Shown: positions 26,869 through 34,816 of the stretch, in pieces
Position numbering within the stretch: the first letter of the stretch is position 1
Layout of the letters: every line of letters begins with the position of its first letter
NCBI GenBank assembly: GCA_903835325.1
Contig: CAILMU010000005.1
Span: 1-44,632 of the forward strand
DNA length: 44,632 nt
Source: an uncultured Candidatus Micrarchaeota archaeon
GTDB taxonomy: Archaea > Micrarchaeota > Micrarchaeia > Anstonellales > Bilamarchaeaceae
Reading direction: 5' to 3'
The notes under the pieces: generated by a model
What the model was told of the DNA's origin: nothing
The model's database searches: none
What the model saw: only the letters and a program-made list of their open reading frames with translations
Position numbers and translations under genes: made by a program

Positions 26869-28077
26869 ATGATAGTGACACGGATGTTCAGCGTTGAAGA
26901 ATTGTCAGACCTGAAAAGGTCGTATAAGCGCCTTGCCGATGAGATAGATAGAATCGGGAAGGGCAGATTCGAGAGCGCCCTGAGGCTTTCAGGGAAGCTC
27001 AAGGATTTGATGGCTGAGATAGAGGAGACGAATGAAAGGGAGAAAAGCCTGTACAACCCGGCCATGATAACCCGGATGAAGATAGCGAAGAGGGGCTTCG
27101 AGCTCTCCAAAAGCCTGCGGGAATTCGAGATAGAGGTGGCGGCCGGGTTCGAGAAGGGCGAAGTCAGCGAGGATGCCGGAAAACGGTTCATGTCGATAAC
27201 CAAGCTGATAAAGGTCGGGAATATCCAGAAAGCGAAGGATGAGTTCCGTTATTTCGAGAAGATAAACGAACTTGACAGAGACTATAAGGCGGCGGGGGAA
27301 GAGATACAGGATAAAGAAAAGCAGCTCCGGCGGGAGCAGGTCAGGGTCGAGAAGATGCTGGCTGAGATGGCTGAGATTGAGAAATCGGCCATTGATACCG
27401 GAAAGGCAATCCGGTACGAAGAGCTGTCGAAGGAGCTCGAGGAGATACAGGAGGTCAGGAAAAGATACGTCCATTCGGTACTCACGACCCCGGTCGCTGA
27501 GCTCCTTGGAAACCCGCAAAGATATCCCCTCAAAGAAGCCATATCTTCATACCCTGCAAAAGAGCAGCTAGATGAGCTGGTGGGATTTTTATCAGAATAC
27601 CCTGATTTCGGAAAATGCGATGCCGGGCAGCTCTGCGGATTCTTCGGGTACAGCGAAAAAAAGCTTTCGCATATCTGCCCTGAGACAACGAGATTCAAGA
27701 AGGCGGTGCTCGGGAACAGAGAATTTTTCGAAACGATATCCTCCCTGGATAAGAATGCATCCCTTATCACGAATGCGGAGGACCAGAAGATCCTTGACCT
27801 CATCGCCGGGATGGAAGAAGGCGCCGAAGAGATTGTCGGACGGATCGCTGTGATAAGCAAGGAGAAGGATGCGTGCAGGGAGGAATACGAGAAAAATGAG
27901 AGGATTAGGAAGAAAAGGGAGGAATTATCCGGATACCCCAAGGATGGATTGGAGGCCGAGCTGAAAGATATCGCGCGGCTTCTCGATGTGTTGCATTCGG
28001 ATAATCCTAAAACTGGCGATGAGAATAGGGGAGGGCTGTTCTCGATTTTCGGGCGATTATTGAAAAAAGGGGCATGA
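26869..28077 (+). CDS. Coiled-coil hypothetical protein (402 aa)
   Basis: The ORF starts 8 nt after the methyltransferase stop. It is helical and E/K-rich, with no recognised domain. Confidence 0.65.
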   Translation: MIVTRMFSVEELSDLKRSYKRLADEIDRIGKGRFESALRLSGKLKDLMAEIEETNEREKSLYNPAMITRMKIAKRGFELSKSLREFEIEVAAGFEKGEVSEDAGKRFMSITKLIKVGNIQKAKDEFRYFEKINELDRDYKAAGEEIQDKEKQLRREQVRVEKMLAEMAEIEKSAIDTGKAIRYEELSKELEEIQEVRKRYVHSVLTTPVAELLGNPQRYPLKEAISSYPAKEQLDELVGFLSEYPDFGKCDAGQLCGFFGYSEKKLSHICPETTRFKKAVLGNREFFETISSLDKNASLITNAEDQKILDLIAGMEEGAEEIVGRIAVISKEKDACREEYEKNERIRKKREELSGYPKDGLEAELKDIARLLDVLHSDNPKTGDENRGGLFSIFGRLLKKGA

Positions 28078-28110
28078 GCGAGGTTTATGCTCTGATACGG
28101 CGGAGCGGGA

Positions 28111-28725
28111 TCACCAGAACTTGACTTTGTTTATTCCGCGCTCGAAAACCTTTTCAACCTGCTCGAGCCGTCCGGGTTTTGTGGGCGTCACCGCACTAGT
28201 CTTCTGTTTGGATTCAGGGAAAATGGACTTGATGTCTTTCACCTTCCAATCATTTTCTTCGCGCTCGTACTGGATGCTGATTTCTCGCTTGAGATCCATC
28301 GGTTTGGAGCCTTTCTTTGCATAATCATCAAGAAGCGGAAGTTTGACGGTCAAAGTCATGCGGCAGCCATTTATATCGGCCTTCTCGAAATCGCAGCTTT
28401 TGATGCGCAATAGCTTCTTAGGCAGATCGGCATCGCCCTGATCGATTTCGAGCAATTGCCCGTTCAGAGCTTCACAATAACTTGCCTCATAATCCTTCAG
28501 GGTGCTCTTCATAGTATTTAGCATATCCGGCGGATTATGATACGATTTTGGATCCGATATCGATTCCTTGATTTCTTTCTGCGCGTATTTGACCCAGGAT
28601 TCGCAATCCTGGAACTCTTTCTCTTCTTTCGATTTGGCAATGCTGTCTTCGTATATGACTAACGCGGATGAAATGCCGATCGAACCACCAAAAAGAATCA
28701 TAAGTACTTTTGTTGATTTATCCAT
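28111..28725 (-). CDS. Membrane-anchored hypothetical protein (204 aa)
   Basis: The N-terminal anchor is KVLMILFGGSIGISSALVIY. The soluble Cys-containing domain is unrecognised. Local sequence is more AT-rich than the window average. Confidence 0.6.
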   Translation of the reverse strand: MDKSTKVLMILFGGSIGISSALVIYEDSIAKSKEEKEFQDCESWVKYAQKEIKESISDPKSYHNPPDMLNTMKSTLKDYEASYCEALNGQLLEIDQGDADLPKKLLRIKSCDFEKADINGCRMTLTVKLPLLDDYAKKGSKPMDLKREISIQYEREENDWKVKDIKSIFPESKQKTSAVTPTKPGRLEQVEKVFERGINKVKFW

Positions 28726-28824
28726 GCTAGGTCATCTCAAGTTACTATTTAGTATAACTGATTTATAAATCATAGGCCAGATGAAAGAGGTCTGATATCG
28801 TATCCGCGTGCCTGATATGGAGTA

Positions 28825-28834
28825 TTTATAAATA
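28825..28834 (+). promoter_or_regulatory. TATA-like box (tttataaata) for the gene starting at 28857
   Basis: It is centred about 27 nt upstream of the ATG at 28857. Confidence 0.4.
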
Positions 28835-28856
28835 TTAATACATAAATATCCTGTTC

Positions 28857-29969
28857 ATGACACAATATGACGGAAAGCTCTCGCTAGACTTAAGACTCAG
28901 CATATCAAGAGAAAGGGACCATACGGGTTCCCACGGATCATTCAAACTGGATATCAAGCAGGAGGACGGCACAGCGAAGACTTTCGAGGTATTCATCGTC
29001 CCGAAGGGGGATGTGATTGGCCTGGGAGAAGTGCGTCCGGACGGGATTTACGCCCAGAGCGGGATACCTGCGATACTCATGCCGATAGTCCTTCAGAAGA
29101 TATACTACCGCTCCAAGGGATATGACGATGAAGCCACGACATCCGCAGCGATGGTCTATGGCTCCGCAGTCCTGACCTCCGAGGATTACAGCAGGCTCGC
29201 AACTCTTCTCGGCCAGAAGACCGATGTCCTGGCGACGACATGCTCTTTGGAGGGCAACCAGGAATATTACCTTGAATGCCTCGGTTCCTATACCTCGAGT
29301 TACGCGGGCAACCGCTGGGTCAAGCTGGCCAGATCCTACGATAATATGGGCATGACCAGCGTATCATACGAGCTCGGAAGGGGGGTTCATGTCAGCAGGA
29401 CGGTCCTGGAGGAAGGGCCGATACTGAAGAGGGATTCGAACGGCGTCAAGACGGAGGTCGAACCCGCGCTCCGAGACGTTCTTCCGGAAGTCGTCAGCGG
29501 CCTCGAGACCATTGCGCATTCGCTCGAAAACCAGAAAGGAACGATTTGCGTCAGTGTCCGAGACCATGCGCTGATGCGCGCGCTTTACCTGTTATCCGAT
29601 GATCTCGTAGAAGGAAGCCCAGTCGTGTTCCGGGACGGCAATTATGGCAAAGGCGGTTCCGATATCGAATTCCATTGCAACAGCGCCAGGTATATCAATT
29701 CGGTCCTGAAAAACCTGCGCGTCGATCTCACCCGCGAGCATGATGCGGTCAAGCAGGTGCTCACCGCAGCGAAGAAGGTCTATGGGGAGCTCAGCGGCGG
29801 GATGTCGTTCCGCGGACTTCTTGAATCAGGTAAGGATATCACCCCTGAGGAGGCCAAGGGAGTCATCAACCAGATGGAGCGCCTTCAGCGGATGAATGAG
29901 CATTATCGTAGGGCAATAACCGGTGTGCCGAAAAAAACCCCCGGAGTATCACGTCAAAATTCCCCATGA
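28857..29969 (+). CDS. Hypothetical protein (370 aa)
   Basis: The ORF is long and clean, with no recognisable motif. Its last 104 nt overlap the 3' end of the convergent J-domain gene. Confidence 0.6.
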   Translation: MTQYDGKLSLDLRLSISRERDHTGSHGSFKLDIKQEDGTAKTFEVFIVPKGDVIGLGEVRPDGIYAQSGIPAILMPIVLQKIYYRSKGYDDEATTSAAMVYGSAVLTSEDYSRLATLLGQKTDVLATTCSLEGNQEYYLECLGSYTSSYAGNRWVKLARSYDNMGMTSVSYELGRGVHVSRTVLEEGPILKRDSNGVKTEVEPALRDVLPEVVSGLETIAHSLENQKGTICVSVRDHALMRALYLLSDDLVEGSPVVFRDGNYGKGGSDIEFHCNSARYINSVLKNLRVDLTREHDAVKQVLTAAKKVYGELSGGMSFRGLLESGKDITPEEAKGVINQMERLQRMNEHYRRAITGVPKKTPGVSRQNSP

Positions 29970-31923
29970 ATCCTTTTTTTTCAGATTTCGTGTCCATTGC
30001 GATGCGCGCATCTAGCATTTCTTCGGTCCAGTATCGGCCCATGGCTTTGGGCCTGAGGAGGTATCTCAGTTTCGCAACGGCCTCATCGGGCTGCATCCCG
30101 GATTTTTTTGCCTCATCGAAGAATCGACTTGTGATATCGGCTATCTCAGTAACATCTGGCTTCCGGTTGAACCTGCCGATTATCTGGATGAATTCGTTCG
30201 TGCAGTCTTCGCTACGTCCGCCTGCATGAGCGCGGATTTTAGCAACTTCGAGGGTGCTGGTCTCGAGAGGCGCAGTCCGAAACGGATGCAGCCAGAATAT
30301 TTCGTCCGGGATGCGATCATATGTCTCGAAGAAAGCATTCACCACAGCTCCCATATTTTCCCGGAAATGGCTTTCGAACTGCTCTTGCGGATTCTTTTTA
30401 TCGGGGTAATAGCGGTTCTCGGCTTCGAGGGCTTGGTGCACTTTCCTAAGTTCATCGTTCCAACCCAGGCCGCCATTCACCATGGATTTCGTGAGGAACA
30501 CAGCGAAGAGCTCGTTCACGCGTTCGTGGTCCGCTGATCGCGAAACGGCCTTGCTGTGGAAAAGGGCTGCTGTCTCGGCCAATTCGATCGGCGAGGCATT
30601 CTTGCCTATTTTGAGCATGATGTTAACCGACTTGACAACTGTCTCGACAGTTGCAGGACGGGTTCCGTAATACATGCGTTCCATGGCGTCGAAGTTGGAT
30701 TCAGGCTGATTCATTCGGAAAGGCCGGGACCAGGATAAAATAGATGTCAATGAACCGATCTGGGCGATATCGTCCCCATGCTGAAGAACTCTGCATGCGA
30801 TTCTCAGGATTTTGTCTGTGTCTTTCTTCTGCTCTGGAAGCAAGAACAGGTTGTGCGCTATCGACAGGGCGCGATCGCCATTTTTTGTGAGAAGGAATGG
30901 AAGGACCGTGAGGTATGAGTCGATCGGCTTATTCGGGTCGATATAATTCCGCACAATCCTTTTCTTGCAGACACGCTCGATTCCATTCGTATATGATGCG
31001 GTTTCTGATACGACCCTATCGAGCTGCTTATGGTCGGTGATGAAAACGTTGTTCGATTCGAGGTATCTCGAAAATTGGCTGAGTTGCTTGATATCCAGGC
31101 CTTCGATGACTGACAGCGGGCCGTAGGAAGCTGCTTTCTCCTTCATGGAAAGGCATTCGAAAGCGGAAATCCCTTCGATGATGGATTCCATCATCTCAAG
31201 GGAATCATCGCCGGAAGCAACGCAAAGCGCCCCGACTGCTTCGACAGCCTCACTGCCAGTCACCTTGCCGATGTTCTTCTTGATGAGTGTGAGAGCCAGC
31301 ATCTTCCGGTCCTGATCGAATTCCAAGGCCGCAAGATTCTTCGCTTCTTCGACATACCCTGCGGGGTTCATGCGGAGCTTGTCGCTCGACCGGAGGGAGT
31401 GTAATTCAACGAGATACGGTTTAGCTTCATCAGGAACATTTTCCATGTCCTTTTCCAGCAATTCGCGGTCCTCTTTTTCCTTCATCTTCTTCTCAGCATC
31501 GAGCCGCCGGATCTCGGCCTGCATCCTGCGCGCGGCCGCTTCCCGATGCTTTTTCTCCTGGGCGATCTGTTCGGCGCGGAGGCGCTCGGCCTGGGCGTTC
31601 ATGCGCTCGTTATCGGCCCGCTCCTGCTCTCTCCTGCGCTCTTCCGGAGTCGTATCGGAGCGGATCTTCATCAATGTTGAGATGAAATCCGGACCTGCGA
31701 TCGGGGCTTCTTCGGCAATCTCGTCGTTGAGGACCTTCGCGGCCTCCACGATATCCTTGAAAGTCTTCTCGAGCTCGGTTTTCTCCGAACCGCTGAGACC
31801 GGGATGCTTGTCAGGGTGGTACTTCTGGGCCAAGGTGCGGAATGCCCTTTTGACGTCGTCTGGCCCACAACCTTCGTTAAGGTTGAGCACTTTTATCGCT
31901 AGTTTCCTGTCCACGTTTTCCAT
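29866..31923 (-). CDS. J-domain (DnaJ-like) protein with a charged coiled coil and a ~480-aa uncharacterised C-terminal region
   Basis: The N-terminal J-domain is ...DVKRAFRTLAQKYHPDKHPGLSGSEKTELEKTFKDIVEAAKVL (HPD motif). An Arg/Glu-rich helix follows (EERRREQERADNERMNAQAERLRAEQIAQEKKHREAAARRMQAEIRRLDAEKK). There is no Zn-finger/CTD of canonical DnaJ. Confidence 0.8.
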   Translation of the reverse strand: MENVDRKLAIKVLNLNEGCGPDDVKRAFRTLAQKYHPDKHPGLSGSEKTELEKTFKDIVEAAKVLNDEIAEEAPIAGPDFISTLMKIRSDTTPEERRREQERADNERMNAQAERLRAEQIAQEKKHREAAARRMQAEIRRLDAEKKMKEKEDRELLEKDMENVPDEAKPYLVELHSLRSSDKLRMNPAGYVEEAKNLAALEFDQDRKMLALTLIKKNIGKVTGSEAVEAVGALCVASGDDSLEMMESIIEGISAFECLSMKEKAASYGPLSVIEGLDIKQLSQFSRYLESNNVFITDHKQLDRVVSETASYTNGIERVCKKRIVRNYIDPNKPIDSYLTVLPFLLTKNGDRALSIAHNLFLLPEQKKDTDKILRIACRVLQHGDDIAQIGSLTSILSWSRPFRMNQPESNFDAMERMYYGTRPATVETVVKSVNIMLKIGKNASPIELAETAALFHSKAVSRSADHERVNELFAVFLTKSMVNGGLGWNDELRKVHQALEAENRYYPDKKNPQEQFESHFRENMGAVVNAFFETYDRIPDEIFWLHPFRTAPLETSTLEVAKIRAHAGGRSEDCTNEFIQIIGRFNRKPDVTEIADITSRFFDEAKKSGMQPDEAVAKLRYLLRPKAMGRYWTEEMLDARIAMDTKSEKKGFMGNFDVILRGFFSAHRLLPYDNAHSSAEGAPSG

Positions 31924-32011
31924 TTGTGTGATTGGATTTAAAAGTGTGTTGTTTGAGCGGATTTCGTGGGGTTGATGGTAGCCAACGATTTTCGGATGAA
32001 TGATATGAAAA

Positions 32012-32033
32012 GATTGAGATTCGGGGCTTGGGC
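32012..32033. repeat. Weak, degenerate copy of the tRNA-His T-arm region
   Basis: gattgagattcggggcttgggc aligns with tRNA-gene plus-strand positions 33730-33750 (gaccgagaatcggactcgggc). That gives 16 matches, 5 mismatches (mostly transitions) and a 1-nt gap. It lies in the intergenic gap before the DUF4256 gene. Confidence 0.25.
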
Positions 32034-32080
32034 AGCGTACAAATCGGCAAGTTTATTTAGATGATCCGGATAGGTAATTC

Positions 32081-32665
32081 ATGCCGCAAGGAGCATCTAA
32101 AGGCAGAACTAAAATGGGATTGCTGCCAGAACAGCGTGAAGGACTGCTCAGGGCATTGAAAGCCCGTTTTGAGAAAAATATGTCCCGTCATACAGGCTTT
32201 GAATGGGCAAAAATACAAGCAAGGCTGGAAGCTGATACTGAAATATTATGGTCCCTCAATGAGATGGAAAGAACCGGCGGCGAGCCGGATGTGGTTGGTT
32301 TTGACAAAAAGACGGGCGAGTACATTTTTTATGATTGTTCGGCGGAAAGCCCTGAAGGCCGCAGAAGCGTCTGTTACGACCGTGAAGCGTTAGAGGCAAG
32401 AAAGGAGAATAAACCGAAGAATAACGCGATTGATATGGCGGCTGCCATGGGAATCGAGCTTGTGACTGAAGAACAATATAGGGAGTTGCAGAAACTTGGA
32501 GATTTCGATACGAAAACGCAGAGCTGGCTGAAAACACCAACTGACATTAGAAAACTCGGCGGCGCCATCTTCGCCGATCGTCGCTACGGCCATGTATTCG
32601 TGTATCACAACGGCGCAGAATCCTACTATGCCGCTAGGGGGTTCCGCGGCTCGATACAGGTTTGA
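32081..32665 (+). CDS. DUF4256-family protein
   Basis: LKARFEKNMSRHTGFEWAKIQARLEA...LWSLNEMERTGGEPDVVGFDKKTGEYIFYDCSAESPEGRRSVCYDREALEARKENKP...GAESYYAARGFRGS matches my memory of the mainly bacterial DUF4256 family closely. An alternative start is at 32114. Confidence 0.8.
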   Translation: MPQGASKGRTKMGLLPEQREGLLRALKARFEKNMSRHTGFEWAKIQARLEADTEILWSLNEMERTGGEPDVVGFDKKTGEYIFYDCSAESPEGRRSVCYDREALEARKENKPKNNAIDMAAAMGIELVTEEQYRELQKLGDFDTKTQSWLKTPTDIRKLGGAIFADRRYGHVFVYHNGAESYYAARGFRGSIQV

Positions 32666-32673
32666 ATTTGATA

Positions 32674-32692
32674 ATAAGGGTCATGACTGAGA
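32674..32692. repeat. Degenerate direct repeat of the tRNA-His 3' end plus flank (att-like)
   Basis: ataagggTcatgacTgaga matches 33719-33737 (ataagggCcatgacCgaga) at 17 of 19 positions. Both differences are C/T transitions and the orientation is the same. Confidence 0.45.
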
Positions 32693-32735
32693 GATATAAA
32701 AATATTTATGTGACTACTTTTGTGCAAATTCTGCT

Positions 32736-32775
32736 TTGCCCCCTAAATGTTTAAAAATGCTTGCCCCCTAATTGT
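32736..32775 (+). promoter_or_regulatory. Two 15-bp direct repeats (ttgccccctaaatgt / ttgccccctaattgt) just upstream of fic
   Basis: They match at 14 of 15 positions, start 25 bp apart (32736 and 32761), and end 5 nt before the ATG at 32780. Confidence 0.3.
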
Positions 32776-32779
32776 AATC

Positions 32780-33652
32780 ATGAGCCAGTATATAGAAAAG
32801 AAGGTCATCAAAGGCAGAACTTACTACTATTTTACTGAAAACAAATATATGAATGGAAAATGGAAAAAAAATAGAAAATATCTTGGTGTCGCGACTCCCT
32901 CCGGTTTTGAAAAACCGAGAAGAAAAAAACCCAAACAGATCCTAACCGATAAAGAGATCAAAATCATAGAACTGATCAGAAAAAATTATAGCAAAGCCCA
33001 TCATCTAGATTCTAGATTATGGAGGGAGGAACGTGAGCGTTTCGTGAGCTTTATTTTCAATACCAATGCGATTGAGGGCAACCCCATCACATATGAAGAT
33101 ACCGACACAGTTCTTCGGGGCGGGAAGATAAAGGCAAAGAAGAAAGACGTCCGTGAAATTATGAATATGAAGAAATGCATCGATTTTCTTTTCGGTTATT
33201 CAGGACCGATTGATGAAAGACTTGTATTGAAGCTGCACATAATGCAGATGAGAGGGGTATTGGATGGGGCTGGGCGATATCGTGATGTTGATGTCAGCGT
33301 AGGTAGATACGTCTGTCCATCTAACAGTGAAGTACCGGCTCTCATGAGAAGATTTTTTGTCTGGTTCAAGGAATCGGAAAGCAATATGCATCCATTTGAG
33401 CTTGCTGTGCTAACTCATCTCAAATTTGTGAGAATACATCCTTTTAGGGACGGGAATGGAAGAATGTCAAGACTTCTGATGAACCTGGTCCTGCTGAAGA
33501 GAGGATACCCTCTCCTGAATATCTTCAATGATGAGAAACTGCTCTACTACCTGGTCCTTAGAAAAGTCGATGCAACCAAGAGGCCGAAATCATTTGTCGA
33601 GTATCTGTTTAGCACCTATATTCGGCAGTACGAAGATTATGTGAAGAAGTAA
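32780..33652 (+). CDS. fic: Fic-family protein (AMPylase-type) with an intramolecular inhibitory motif
   Basis: The canonical Fic motif is HPFRDGNGRMSRLL. The upstream TNAIEGN fits the (S/T)xxxE(G/N) inhibitory-helix motif. The ATG at 32780 (MSQYIEKKV) is preferred over 32747. Confidence 0.9.
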   Translation: MSQYIEKKVIKGRTYYYFTENKYMNGKWKKNRKYLGVATPSGFEKPRRKKPKQILTDKEIKIIELIRKNYSKAHHLDSRLWREERERFVSFIFNTNAIEGNPITYEDTDTVLRGGKIKAKKKDVREIMNMKKCIDFLFGYSGPIDERLVLKLHIMQMRGVLDGAGRYRDVDVSVGRYVCPSNSEVPALMRRFFVWFKESESNMHPFELAVLTHLKFVRIHPFRDGNGRMSRLLMNLVLLKRGYPLLNIFNDEKLLYYLVLRKVDATKRPKSFVEYLFSTYIRQYEDYVKK

Positions 33653-33671
33653 AATATTCCCATATTGGATT

Positions 33672-33695
33672 AAAACTACATTTTTATGTAGTTTT
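33672..33695. terminator. Perfect 10-bp hairpin with flanking A/T tracts (aaaactacat-tttt-atgtagtttt)
   Basis: It sits 20 nt after the fic stop. The symmetric A-tract/T-tract stem-loop resembles a bacterial-style bidirectional intrinsic terminator. Confidence 0.45.
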
Positions 33696-33723
33696 GAAGG
33701 TAATATTGGATAAGGAAGATAAG

Positions 33724-33795
33724 GGCCATGACCGAGAATCGGACTCGGGCCTAGAGGGCCACAGCCTCTCACGCTACCATTACGCCATCATGGCC
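33724..33795 (-). tRNA. tRNA-His: tRNA-His (anticodon GUG) with genomically encoded G-1
   Basis: The manually folded sequence is GGCCATGATGGCGTAATGGTAGCGTGAGAGGCTGTGGCCCTCTAGGCCCGAGTCCGATTCTCGGTCATGGCC. An 8-bp acceptor includes G-1:C73, the His identity element. The D-stem is GCGU/GCGU with two G-U pairs. The anticodon arm is AGAGG-CUGUGGC-CCUCU. The T-arm is CCGAG-UCCGAUU-CUCGG. No CCA is encoded. Confidence 0.85.
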
Positions 33796-33870
33796 ATGAA
33801 TAAACTATTTCTAACGAACAAAACTCGCTTGTTAGCTGTGCCTAGCAAGTTTATCAGATAATTGAAGCGC

Positions 33871-34767
33871 TCAACTATTTATAATCGCTCCACTTTTTGC
33901 TGAAACAGCCTTCAACACCCTGCTCCCGTCCCCGCAAAAGAATTCCACCTGCTTCGCCCCGCTTTCTTCGACGTATCTCACAAGGTCGTCGAAATCGGCG
34001 TGGTCGCTCATGGGGAACGCGGCATCCGTGTCGAAACTGAAATTCAGCGCCCATCCGGTCGCCGCCGCGCAGAGCGTCTTGCGGTTGAAGGCAGTTGCAA
34101 GACGAGAAGCGAAATATCTTTTGGCTTTCCCCATCGGGACAATCGCGACGAATCGCTTCGACATCGCCTCTTCCGCCTCTTCGCTCCCTACAACTATGCG
34201 CTCGAGCGGGATGCCGAACGATTCGTAGACCGAACAGAAGAATTCCGCCTCCTCTGTCACGATGGGCGCGACTCCTGCCTCGTTGAGTATCTTGATGACC
34301 TCCTGAGTCTTCCCGAGGGAATACGCGCCGATAACTATATTGCTCGAATCGTTCGCCTTCACGAACCGCTCTAACTGCATTCGCACTTCGTTTAGCGGAG
34401 GGAAATGATAGGCCGGGTCGCCATATGTCGCTTCCATGATGAGCCGGTCGCACTGCTCTATCTTCGCGCTCATTCCGAAGACATTCGGTTTGAGCGAGAT
34501 ATCCCCGGTGTAAACCGTCTTCTCCCCATCGCTTTCGATGACAAGCTGCCGGGAGCCGAGTATATGGCCGGCATCTATCATCCGGGCGGCTGGATGGGAA
34601 TACGGCTCGGTTGGTATATCCGCGAGGGCGAGCGTCTCGCGCGATGCGATGATGTTTTTCTGCTTTTTTATCCCGGATGTGTGGTCCGAGTGCGCATGCG
34701 AGAGGAACGAGAAATCGCCGTTAGGGTGATCGAGGCCTATCCGTAGGCCGTTCCGGTCATAGTGCAT
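33871..34767 (-). CDS. Metallo-beta-lactamase-fold, beta-CASP-type nuclease (COG1236-like, short form)
   Basis: The HxHxDH motif is LSHAHSDHTSG. The C-terminal motif is FPMSDHADFDDLVRYVEESGAKQV (beta-CASP motif C region). The ATG at 34767 is preferred over the GTG at 34782. Confidence 0.8.
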   Translation of the reverse strand: MHYDRNGLRIGLDHPNGDFSFLSHAHSDHTSGIKKQKNIIASRETLALADIPTEPYSHPAARMIDAGHILGSRQLVIESDGEKTVYTGDISLKPNVFGMSAKIEQCDRLIMEATYGDPAYHFPPLNEVRMQLERFVKANDSSNIVIGAYSLGKTQEVIKILNEAGVAPIVTEEAEFFCSVYESFGIPLERIVVGSEEAEEAMSKRFVAIVPMGKAKRYFASRLATAFNRKTLCAAATGWALNFSFDTDAAFPMSDHADFDDLVRYVEESGAKQVEFFCGDGSRVLKAVSAKSGAIINS

Positions 34768-34816
34768 GCGCTGTACTCGCACTCAAAGAATAAAAATGGT
34801 TGGACTGGTCACCGGG

